From: Thermoplasmatota archaeon
GTDB lineage: Archaea; Thermoplasmatota; E2; JACPAO01; JAHFTW01
DNA length: 64,000 bases
Reading direction: 5' to 3'
Assembly: GCA_041601615.1 (NCBI GenBank)
Contig: JBFIHX010000005.1
Coordinates: 136,548-200,547, forward strand
Of the stretch, positions 1-8,495 are shown piece by piece. Numbering within the stretch: position 1 is the first letter of the stretch; the number at the start of each line of letters is the position of its first letter. Made by a program: the position numbers and the translations under genes. Under the pieces are notes generated by a model. It saw only the letters and a list, made by a program, of their open reading frames with translations. It made no database searches and was not told the origin of the DNA.

Positions 1-2
1 CA

Positions 3-1565
3 GTCCCAGTCCCAGTGTTTGGCGCCGGCGCGGTGGTCGTCTACGTCGGACCAGAAGTAGACGAAGCGGTCGGGGTCGATGCCTCGGTAGTATTCGCAGC
101 AGTATTGGATGGTCAGGCCGAGTTGTGGTGGGCGGACTACGATGTTGAGCCGCTGGGTGCCGGTGCCGCCGAGGTCGTCCGTGACGGTGAGTTCATAGTC
201 GTAGTTGCCAAGAGGTAGGTCCACGTCCACGAAGGGTTCGTTGCTGATGGTTTTGCCGTCGCGGCGCCATTCGTAGTCGACGATGGTGCCGTCGCGGTCG
301 AAGGAGTGGGATGCGTCGAGGGTGAAGGCTTCGTGGCCGTCTTGATCGATGTCGTCGACGGGTTCGTCGGGGAGTCCGATGGCTATTGGGTTGGCGTTGT
401 CGTAGTAGGCAAGCACCAGGCCGGTTCGCGCGTTGCCGGTGTATTCGCTGGGGGCGCCGAGGGCGGCGACGCGGCCTTCGAGTGCGAGTGCTTCGGGGTG
501 GGGGTGGTCGTGTCCGAATGCTGCCCAGCCGCCTAGGAATCCCACTTCGCACCAGGGGCCCCACCAGCAGCGCAGTTTTTCGTTTTCATGAATGTAGACG
601 CCGACGTTGCTCCACCAGTAGTTCACAATGAGGATGGTGTCTTCGCGGGCGGCGACGGCGGTGGCGTCGGTGCTTTCATCCTGGATTTGTTGCCAGCGAC
701 CGTTGGTGCTTTTTTCGTAGATGGACACCCAGCCTGAGCCTTCTTTGTCCCCGCTGGCTGCTAAGTAGCTCGTGGATGCGCTGACCACGACGGCGGTGCC
801 TGTGGTGGCGACTTTGAAGCCGAAGCTGCTTTCGGCGTCGGTGCCGCGGCTTGCTTCGACGCTGTCGGCGAGGTTCCAGGTGCTGCCTTGGCGGGTGTAG
901 ATGTAGGCGGCGCCGGGGGCGGCTTGTTCGACGAATGGTTGGGCGGGTGCGCCGACGACGAGGATGCCGTCTCGCATGGCAAGGTCGGCGCCGAAGATGC
1001 GTTGGTTTGTGGTGGTGGGTTCCTCGATGGTGTGGTGGTGGGCGTAGGTGTTGCCGCTGAGTTTGTAGATGTGTACGGCGCCTCGGGAGCCGGCGTTGAT
1101 GAGAAAGTCGTCAAGGGGTTGGGAGACGAAGAGGTAGCTGTCTTTGGCCAGCACGTCGTCGCCGAATGCGCCGGTGGATGTGAGGCTGGTTTGGCGTTTC
1201 CAGCCCGTGCCGTCGTGGTTCCAAATGGCGACTTCGCCGTGGTGGGCGACGATTGCGTGGCTGTCGGCGAGGCTGACGGAGGTGATGCTTCCGAAGCCGG
1301 GGTTCAGGGTTGCTTCCAGGGTCCAGTGGTTTTGTTCCCGGGTGTACAGGTAGGCGGCGTTGCTTGCGGCGACGAGGATGCGTTCTCCGTCGGTTGCTAT
1401 GTCGTGTCCGAATCGCCGTACACTGTCGTTGGGAGGCGAAATGAGGCTCTCGGTTTCAAAGTAGGGCCAGCGCACGGATTCGGTTTGCGCTTCGTCCTGG
1501 GAGTGCACCGGGAGGGCGAGCCCCGCCACGAGAAGCAGGAGGACGATACCGACGGCTGGGCGCAC
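3..1565 (-). CDS. Secreted FG-GAP-like repeat / PKD-domain surface protein (3' end runs off the window)
   Basis: Not in the ORF track (no stop inside the window). Hand-translated from GTG at 1565 with AAGGGG upstream: MRPAVGIVLLLLVAGLALPVHSQ signal peptide, FGHDIA-type propeller repeats and a PKD-like segment SFDRDGTIVDYEW...LTVTDD. Paralog of the adjacent gene. Confidence 0.8.
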   Translation of the reverse strand, partial: MRPAVGIVLLLLVAGLALPVHSQDEAQTESVRWPYFETESLISPPNDSVRRFGHDIATDGERILVAASNAAYLYTREQNHWTLEATLNPGFGSITSVSLADSHAIVAHHGEVAIWNHDGTGWKRQTSLTSTGAFGDDVLAKDSYLFVSQPLDDFLINAGSRGAVHIYKLSGNTYAHHHTIEEPTTTNQRIFGADLAMRDGILVVGAPAQPFVEQAAPGAAYIYTRQGSTWNLADSVEASRGTDAESSFGFKVATTGTAVVVSASTSYLAASGDKEGSGWVSIYEKSTNGRWQQIQDESTDATAVAAREDTILIVNYWWSNVGVYIHENEKLRCWWGPWCEVGFLGGWAAFGHDHPHPEALALEGRVAALGAPSEYTGNARTGLVLAYYDNANPIAIGLPDEPVDDIDQDGHEAFTLDASHSFDRDGTIVDYEWRRDGKTISNEPFVDVDLPLGNYDYELTVTDDLGGTGTQRLNIVVRPPQLGLTIQYCCEYYRGIDPDRFVYFWSDVDDHRAGAKHWDWD

Positions 1566-1618
1566 GGCTGTACCCCTTCTTGCAGGTATTTATCACTGTT
1601 GGGAGTTTTGTGGTTCCT

Positions 1619-4435
1619 TTATCGCCGCCGGGCGGAGAGTACGATGGTGACAAGCACGAGGGTGGCGAAGGCGACGCCAATCCACAGCCACGGCTCGCGG
1701 GGGTCAAGGACCACGGCTGCGGCATTGGGGCGGGGCTCCTGGCTGGCGAGGCCATAAGGGCCAGCGTCGGCGTTGTCTGCTTGGTCCTTTGTGCTGTCGC
1801 CGTCGGCGTTTGTGCCGCTGCCCGAGTCGACTTTGTCCGGGTTGTTTTCTTCGGCAAAGGGACTTTCTGGGGCTTGCTCGGCCATGGGTCCGCCTGCCAC
1901 GGGGGGCACGGTGGTGCCGGGGGGCACGGCTTGCACTTTGATGGTCACGGTGGCTTTCGAGCTGGCACCTTCTGGGTCTTGGACGGTGAGGGTGACGGTG
2001 TAGCTGCCGGCCTTGTCGTAGGTGTGTGCGGGGGCTTGCTGGGTGCCGGTTTCGCCGTCGCCAAAGTCCCAGGTTCGGCTCAGGTTGCTGCCTTCGGGAT
2101 CGGTGCTGTTGTCCACGAGGAGGACTTTTTGGCCAACGTATGCGTCGGTGGTGCGGGCTTCAATGATAGCGGTTGGGGCGCCGTTTTTGATGAATACGTT
2201 GCGCGTCACGGTGGTCTGGAGCCCGGTTTCGTCGGTGACGGTGAGTTGGACGTCGTGGGCACCGAATTTGGCGAGGCCTAGGACGGGGTTTGGTTCGCTT
2301 GCGTCGATGCTGCCGTCTGCGTCCACGTCGTACCACCACATGACGATGCGGTTGTCGGCGTCCGTGCTTTTGTCTGTGAATGCGATGGCTCGCTCGGGGG
2401 GTCCGTCGGCGCGTTGCCAATCGAAGGCGGCGTTGGGGGGTCGACGGTTGGCGGGCGACGTGGGGGATCCGGTGCCGTTTTCGCCGCCGCCTCCGGCTTG
2501 GCCGTCTTTTTCGAGGATCAAGATGGTAACGCGGTCGGTGTCACGGACACCTTTGTCGTCTTTGACGGTGAGGTCGATGTCGTGGACGCCGGCGCCGAGG
2601 CGCAGGGTCGGTTGGCTGCTGGTGCTGAACCGTTTGCCGTTGCGCGCCCATGAGTAGCTTTCCACTTCGCCGTCCGGGTCGTGGCTGCGGGTGCCGTCGA
2701 GGGAGACTTCGATGGTGGTGCCGGCGGGGTGGTCGCGGATGATTTGGTCCATGCCGGCGTCGGCTACGGGTGCGACGTTGCGTACGGTGATTTTCTTGGT
2801 CAAGGACGCTTTGGTGTCGATGTCGGTGTGGACAGTGAGGGTCACTTGCTTGGTGCCGGAGGTCTCGAAGCTCCAGGTGGGGGTGGGGCCGGTGGCGTCG
2901 GGGCTGCCGTCTGCGTCCATGTCCCAGCTCCATGCGATGATGTGGCCGTAGCTGCTGGTGCTTTCGTCCACGAACCGCACTTCTTGGTTGCCCAGGATGG
3001 TGCCGGGTAGCCATGAGAAGTCGGGCTCGGGGGTGGGCGGGCCGTGTACGGTGAAGACGCGCTTTGCTTGGTCGGTTCCGAGCATTGGGTCGGAGACGGC
3101 GAGCATGATTTCGTGCGGCCCTACGGACAAGGATTGGCTGAGTTCCTTGCCGGTTCCGACGAGGGCGCCATCCACGTACCAGTGGTATGCAAGGTCGGTG
3201 CCGTTGCTTTTGGAGGCGAGGAAGGTGACGGGTTCGTGGCCGTTGCCGTCAAGGTCGGCGGGTTCTTCCGGCAGCGTGATGCGTGCTTCGGGGCCGTCGT
3301 TGTTTCCGAGCAATTGCACCGTGCCGCCACGGGAGTGGGAAAAGCCCAGGGCGGCGATGCCTCGGTGCAAGGAAATGTCGGAGGGTTGGCTTCGGGAAGT
3401 GAAGGAATCTGGCCCCCAACTGCTGCCCTCGCGGCCGTAGACTCGAAGGTAGGGCGAGAACGTGCCGCGCGTAATCATGCGGGATTCGCTTGCTTCGATT
3501 TGGTTGCATCGCACGTCCTCGAAGGACTGGGAAACAGTCCAAGTGGAGCCGCTTTTGCGGTAGACGTGCAAGCTGCGGTCGTTGTCTGCGATGAAGATGC
3601 TGGCGTCGTCGCACACCAACACTTCGTTTTTGGTCTGGGCGATGGCGATGCCGAAGCCGGAGCCGTCGTTCAGGGCCGAGGGGCCCAGTTCGGCTTCTTG
3701 GGTCCATTGGCTGCCGCTGAGGCCGTAGATGAATGCCGAGCCGGGTTCTACGGTGTCCTGGTAGTACCAGCCGGGGGCGCCCACAATGAGTCGAGAGCCT
3801 TGCAAGTCCAAGTCGTAGCCGAACATGGTCCGAGATAGGAGGCCAGGGTCTGACAGGGTCTGTTTGAACACTGCGTCGTCGCCTTGCAGTTTGTACATGT
3901 GCACGCGGCTGGTTTGGCGTAGCGCTTCGTCGGAGATGTAGAGATCTGGCGCGGCGACGGCAATCCAGGAGCCGGAAATGGCAACTTCCTCTCCATAGTC
4001 CACGTCGTCGGGGGCCGAGTCCATTCGATCGGCGAGTCGCCACGATGCGCCGCCGTGCTTGTAGACGTATGCGGCCCCGTAGCCGCCGCCGGATTTGTGT
4101 TGGTTGGGCGCTCCGATGACGAGTACGTCTCCGTCCACAGCGATTCCGGCGCCAAACTGACTATTCTTGGGGCCCTCCAGTGTTTGCAGGACCTTCCAGA
4201 GGCCGTCGCGAATCCCCATCACGACCACCTTGGCCGAGCCGGGAGATCCTACAATGAGGTCATCGCCATGCCATGCTACGGTGTCGCCGAAGCGCAAGTC
4301 CTGCACGGGACTTCCAATTGATTCATAGATGGAGAGTTTCGTGTGGCCGTCGGCGGCGGCGGGCAATGCATGGAGTGTGGACCCAAGCAGGACCATTGCA
4401 AGAAACAGGTGCTTGCGTCGCCCCGGATTCACCAC
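1619..4435 (-). CDS. Surface protein with FG-GAP-like beta-propeller repeats, about 5 PKD domains and a C-terminal TM anchor
   Basis: Signal peptide; FGxxxA...VIGAP repeats; PKD motifs (WDFGDG, YTVTLTVQD); C-terminal hydrophobic helix followed by RRR. Confidence 0.9.
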   Translation of the reverse strand: MVNPGRRKHLFLAMVLLGSTLHALPAAADGHTKLSIYESIGSPVQDLRFGDTVAWHGDDLIVGSPGSAKVVVMGIRDGLWKVLQTLEGPKNSQFGAGIAVDGDVLVIGAPNQHKSGGGYGAAYVYKHGGASWRLADRMDSAPDDVDYGEEVAISGSWIAVAAPDLYISDEALRQTSRVHMYKLQGDDAVFKQTLSDPGLLSRTMFGYDLDLQGSRLIVGAPGWYYQDTVEPGSAFIYGLSGSQWTQEAELGPSALNDGSGFGIAIAQTKNEVLVCDDASIFIADNDRSLHVYRKSGSTWTVSQSFEDVRCNQIEASESRMITRGTFSPYLRVYGREGSSWGPDSFTSRSQPSDISLHRGIAALGFSHSRGGTVQLLGNNDGPEARITLPEEPADLDGNGHEPVTFLASKSNGTDLAYHWYVDGALVGTGKELSQSLSVGPHEIMLAVSDPMLGTDQAKRVFTVHGPPTPEPDFSWLPGTILGNQEVRFVDESTSSYGHIIAWSWDMDADGSPDATGPTPTWSFETSGTKQVTLTVHTDIDTKASLTKKITVRNVAPVADAGMDQIIRDHPAGTTIEVSLDGTRSHDPDGEVESYSWARNGKRFSTSSQPTLRLGAGVHDIDLTVKDDKGVRDTDRVTILILEKDGQAGGGGENGTGSPTSPANRRPPNAAFDWQRADGPPERAIAFTDKSTDADNRIVMWWYDVDADGSIDASEPNPVLGLAKFGAHDVQLTVTDETGLQTTVTRNVFIKNGAPTAIIEARTTDAYVGQKVLLVDNSTDPEGSNLSRTWDFGDGETGTQQAPAHTYDKAGSYTVTLTVQDPEGASSKATVTIKVQAVPPGTTVPPVAGGPMAEQAPESPFAEENNPDKVDSGSGTNADGDSTKDQADNADAGPYGLASQEPRPNAAAVVLDPREPWLWIGVAFATLVLVTIVLSARRR

Positions 4436-5047
4436 AAGCTGACCCCGACTTTCCCCTACTTAAGGAGTATCGTCCCTTCGTGCAAGTCGACGAATTCCCA
4501 TTGCCCCGGCAACAAGCAGCGCGCCCAGAAATAGCCATGCGCCAAGGGGCAACGAAGCAACGCGTTCGAGCCACGACGAAAGCAAGGGCCGCGCCTCGCT
4601 GCCGCTTCGATCATGGCCGTGGTCGGGGTCGACGAGGCGCCACTGCCCAGGGTCTTGCTCAAATTGTAACAATCGAATTCGATTCGGGGCTGCTTTGCGG
4701 CAGGTTCGTAGTGGTTCCACGAGAAACGCTCCGGTCTCGCTGCACCCGCCAACGCCAGCGACCGCAGCCCAATCGCCGTTGGCGACCACCTGCTCACCGC
4801 CGCGACTCGATGGATCCACGTCCGGCTCCAAGGGCAAAGTCAATCTTGGTTCAACCAAGACGGGCTCGCCTTGCTCTGGTGCTCCATGGCCGTCACCGTC
4901 CCGAACAACAGGAGAATGAGAATTCCAGCACTCCACCGCAACAACGCCGAAACGATCCTCGAACCCATAAGCATTCGGGGGGATGTACGCCGGGTCGCCA
5001 GCCCGAACCTTTTTTGACCCGGCGGCTTGGCCGGCCAGGTCGCCTTG

Positions 5048-6271
5048 ATGCCTGGAACCTTCCCCAAGAAAGCATGGCTTGTACTGGAGGATGGTTCCGT
5101 GGTGGAGGGCGAACATTTTGGCGCCCCCGGCACCGCGTTTGGCGAACTGGTCTTCAACACTGGAATGACCGGCTACCAGGAGAGCCTCACGGACCCATCG
5201 TACCACGGCCAGGTGCTGATGTTCACCTACCCGATGGTGGGCAACTACGGCATCAATGCGGCCGACTGGGAAAGCGACAAGGTCTGGCCCCGGGCCGTCG
5301 TGGTGCGTGAATGGTGCCGCGAGCCCAGCCACCGCGCCAGCGCCAAGACCCTGGACGAGCTTCTGAAGGAACAGGGCACGCCCGGCATCAGTGGCGTGGA
5401 CACCCGTGCGCTTACGCTTCGCACCCGCGAGAAAGGCTGCTTGAAGTGCTTCGTCACGGACGACGAGGCGGCGGTTCCGGGCCTCGTGGCCAAGGTCGCA
5501 GGTATGGCAAGCGTGGAAGCCGACAACCTTGCGGGCGAAGCGAGTGTTCCTGAAGTGCGCCGCTACGGCCGCAACGACGCAGGGGAACTCGTGGACGGAA
5601 GCACACCCGACCCCGCCGCGTACTCTGTGGCGGTGCTCGATACCGGCATCAAGCGCAACATCCTGCGCAACCTCGCCCGCCGCTTCAACGTCCTGCACTG
5701 CCCCTGGGACACCAGCGCCGAAACGGTCCTCGCGTTCAACCCGGACGCCTTGTTTTTGGCCAACGGCCCCGGCGACCCTGGCCATCCTGACATCATCGCC
5801 AACACGGTCCCGGCGATTCGCGCCTTGTCCGAGCAATTTCCCACGTTCGGCATTTGCTACGGCAACCAACTCGTCAGTCTTGCCTGGGGCGCGACGACGC
5901 ATAAGATGAAGTTCGGCCACCGAGGCGCCAACATTCCCGTGCGCGACGAAGCAACCGGCACCGTGCGCATCACGAGTCAAAACCATGGCTTTGCCGTGGA
6001 TGGCGCAAGCGTCGAAGGCACCCAACTTCGCATCTGGGAACGCTGCCCCAACGACGGCACCGTCGAGGCGCTCATGCACGAATCGCTGCCGATTTTCACC
6101 ACCCAGTACCACCCCGAGGCGTGCCCTGGGCCGTGGGATTCGGGGCACCTCTTCGACGCATTCCTCGCTCTCGTAAAGGAAGTCAAGGCAGGCACTTTCG
6201 TGGCGGGCACGTTCCCCGGCATCCACCAAAAGGGCGTCGCGCCCTGCCCCGTGGACGCAGCCACCGCCTAG
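5048..6271 (+). CDS. carA: Carbamoyl-phosphate synthase small subunit
   Basis: GELVFNTGMTGYQESLTDPSY, NGPGDP, GICYG (catalytic Cys), SQNHGFAV, QYHPEA. Start moved to the ATG at 5048. Confidence 0.98.
   Translation: MPGTFPKKAWLVLEDGSVVEGEHFGAPGTAFGELVFNTGMTGYQESLTDPSYHGQVLMFTYPMVGNYGINAADWESDKVWPRAVVVREWCREPSHRASAKTLDELLKEQGTPGISGVDTRALTLRTREKGCLKCFVTDDEAAVPGLVAKVAGMASVEADNLAGEASVPEVRRYGRNDAGELVDGSTPDPAAYSVAVLDTGIKRNILRNLARRFNVLHCPWDTSAETVLAFNPDALFLANGPGDPGHPDIIANTVPAIRALSEQFPTFGICYGNQLVSLAWGATTHKMKFGHRGANIPVRDEATGTVRITSQNHGFAVDGASVEGTQLRIWERCPNDGTVEALMHESLPIFTTQYHPEACPGPWDSGHLFDAFLALVKEVKAGTFVAGTFPGIHQKGVAPCPVDAATA
6189..6206 (+). repeat. Direct repeat copy 1 (CAGGCACTTTCGTGGCGG) in the carA 3' end
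   Basis: 17/18 identical to 8453-8470 (CAGGCACGTTCGTGGCGG). Confidence 0.7.
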
Positions 6272-8049
6272 TTTCCAGGCTGATCGGAATCGACCGCTTC
6301 GGTGTCGCGCTCAAAAAACACTGTGTGCACATCGTTGCCATCCACCACCGTGACAATTGCCGGGGCTGACGCGCCGAACGTCCGCATCAAGCCGGTGCGG
6401 TACACATCGTCGCGAAGGTCGCCAACGCGGTGGCTTTCGGCTTCCCCGTCGGCGCCAATGATGGCAAACACATCGTCGTCATCCAGTCCCTGCAATTGGT
6501 TCATGATCGCCGCCAAATCGCGAGCATACACCTCCGCTGCCGCTTGCCGGGCGCGTTCAAAGCGACGGTCCTGAATTCTAGCACCAAGCGCCGTCACCGG
6601 AACCACGAGCAGTTTCGTCGCGGCAATCAAGCCGTGCACCGCGCGGTCCACGCCGCGGGCTGCGGCGTGGCTTGCCCCTGACAAAGTGCGGGCCACGGCG
6701 CGCACCGGTTTGGGCGTGAACGCCTCCGCGCCCGAGTGTAGCGCGTCCGCTTGCTCCAGGGCCCACAGATACCAAGCCGGTGGATTGTCTGCCGTGCGAG
6801 CGCGAAGCCAAAGGAACGTGGCAACATACAGCACTGCGCCGGCGGCGCCCAGAGGCACCAAGCTCGCCATGGGAAGAAACGCAAGCACGAACCCGAAGTA
6901 GAGCATGTACGCGCCCACCGCGTACAGGAACGCCACGGATCGGCGCCAGACCCAGATGTCGTACCCTGGCAGCGGCCGGATCGGCAAGGCGCTCGTGGCA
7001 AGTCCAACGAGAGCGACTTCCATCGCCTGGTCCACCACGGCATAATTCCAACGATAGCCCACCCACAAGAACGGCAAAAGCAACGCCAGAAACACCGTCA
7101 TGCTTGCCAAGGCACGAATGCCCTCCACGTGCGGCGGCTCGTCGTCTGTGCCGTCCGCGTCCTCATCGCGCACTTCCTCCACGTACCCAGGGTACCCGAA
7201 CGGCGTGCGAAACAGAACCGAAGAAAGGACAAGGCTCACAGCGCCGGAACCTAGGAACCGAACCGCCGTCGCCGCTCGGCTAGCAAAACCCAGAAGGTAC
7301 TCCACGCCGAGGGCCGCAGCCACGAACAGCATCGACACGCCGCCCGCGATGGGCAGGGCACGAAGATAGGGGCCCAACGCATACGGATGCAGGCCCTCAA
7401 AGGCAAAGAAAATCGTCACAAGCAAGAGCGTCAATGCCAGCGCCATCCAAGTGCCCATGCGACGCGCCCGCACCTTCGTGCGAAGGGCAAGATAATCCTC
7501 ACCCACCGCCATCAAACTCTCCTTACCTATTTGCGCTGCCGCCATAGCCGCCCGGCTGCCAAGCGTCGAACCCACCGCGCTGCCACCGGCCGCAAGCGCC
7601 GTCGTCGTGCCCACCACAGCCGCAGCCGTACCAAGCTCCGCGCGCGCATTTTGCACCGACACGTCCAGCACAGCAAGCGTCTCGTTGCCGCGCCGGGCCT
7701 CCAGCGTGTACGGGCCGTTTACCGCCGTAGTCGTGTCCCAAGAAGCCGTAGATGCCGCCCCCGGAGCAGAAAGCAGGGAAGTGCTCCCACCCGCCGACAA
7801 CAACACAATGCTTGCGTCCGACGGCGCATCCAGCAAGCGCACATCGACGGCACCCGAGACGCGATCCACGCGCACCACCTCGCCGCCCTGGCTCAACACC
7901 AACAAGGGTTCGCCCGGCGCAACCATGGCAGGCTCATCGCTTGGCCACACTTTGACCACCAAAACGCCAGCAAGCAGCAACTCCAACAGGAGTGCCACCG
8001 CCAACAATGTCCGAACCGGATCCGCACGTTGCGGGCGACGAGGGGGCAC
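6268..8049 (-). CDS. Multi-pass membrane protein with an Ig-like extracellular segment and a degenerate M50/site-2-protease-like C-terminal membrane domain
   Basis: Many TM helices; WDTTTAVNGPYTLEA Ig-like motif; SALPIRPLPGYDIW resembles NLLPxxPLDG but there is no HExxH. Start uncertain (in-frame GTG at 8049 chosen). Confidence 0.65.
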   Translation of the reverse strand: MPPRRPQRADPVRTLLAVALLLELLLAGVLVVKVWPSDEPAMVAPGEPLLVLSQGGEVVRVDRVSGAVDVRLLDAPSDASIVLLSAGGSTSLLSAPGAASTASWDTTTAVNGPYTLEARRGNETLAVLDVSVQNARAELGTAAAVVGTTTALAAGGSAVGSTLGSRAAMAAAQIGKESLMAVGEDYLALRTKVRARRMGTWMALALTLLLVTIFFAFEGLHPYALGPYLRALPIAGGVSMLFVAAALGVEYLLGFASRAATAVRFLGSGAVSLVLSSVLFRTPFGYPGYVEEVRDEDADGTDDEPPHVEGIRALASMTVFLALLLPFLWVGYRWNYAVVDQAMEVALVGLATSALPIRPLPGYDIWVWRRSVAFLYAVGAYMLYFGFVLAFLPMASLVPLGAAGAVLYVATFLWLRARTADNPPAWYLWALEQADALHSGAEAFTPKPVRAVARTLSGASHAAARGVDRAVHGLIAATKLLVVPVTALGARIQDRRFERARQAAAEVYARDLAAIMNQLQGLDDDDVFAIIGADGEAESHRVGDLRDDVYRTGLMRTFGASAPAIVTVVDGNDVHTVFFERDTEAVDSDQPGN

Positions 8050-8197
8050 TTCGACCGCCAAGATGGGCCCGAAAGCGCCGCTTGTGGATAACTTCAGCGA
8101 GCCGAACAAGGAGGCACCCGCGACCGTTGCCTTTTTTGCGGCCTCGGGGTGCGCCGTCAGGTCGGGGCCGCGAACCTGGCCGCCTGGGAGCCCCTTG

Positions 8198-8311
8198 ATG
8201 CCCAAGCGCACCGACGATCACAGAATCCTAGCACGGCCCGGCGGAGCAGTTCTTCGCTCGGCGTCCATTGTTCCTGCGGCGCGGGGAATCGAAAAACACC
8301 GAGGTGTCTAG
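8198..8311 (+). pseudogene. Degenerate copy of the carB 5' end (MPKRTDDHRIL...)
   Basis: ATG CCC AAG CGC ACC GAC encodes MPKRTD, the same as the CarB N-terminus, then diverges; 37 codons plus stop. Confidence 0.55.
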
Positions 8312-8312
8312 C

Positions 8313-8495
8313 GTGCCTAAGAGAACGGATGTCAAGAAAATCCTGATCATCGGCAGTGGGCCGATCCAAATTGGCCAAGCCGCCGAAATTGATGCCGGGG
8401 CTTTGCCCCTGGCGGCCCCAGATTCGGGCCCCGCTCGCGTCGCTCGGGGACCCAGGCACGTTCGTGGCGGCTTGCGAGGTGTCATTCATGCCTAA
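8313..8495 (+). pseudogene. Duplicated carB 5' fragment with its own GAGGTG SD
   Basis: Encodes (V/M)[26 protein letters not shown], matching CarB residues 1-27 except F>I; nearly all nucleotide differences are synonymous. Confidence 0.85.
8453..8470 (+). repeat. Direct repeat copy 2, just upstream of carB
   Basis: 17/18 match to carA 6189-6206; both read GTFVA, in frame with carA and carB respectively. Confidence 0.7.

Noticed and set aside
4456-5000. Short ORFs between the PKD gene and carA, including a 44-aa hydrophobic peptide ending at 4840
   Set aside because: No recognisable motif, SD or codon bias; cannot be supported.
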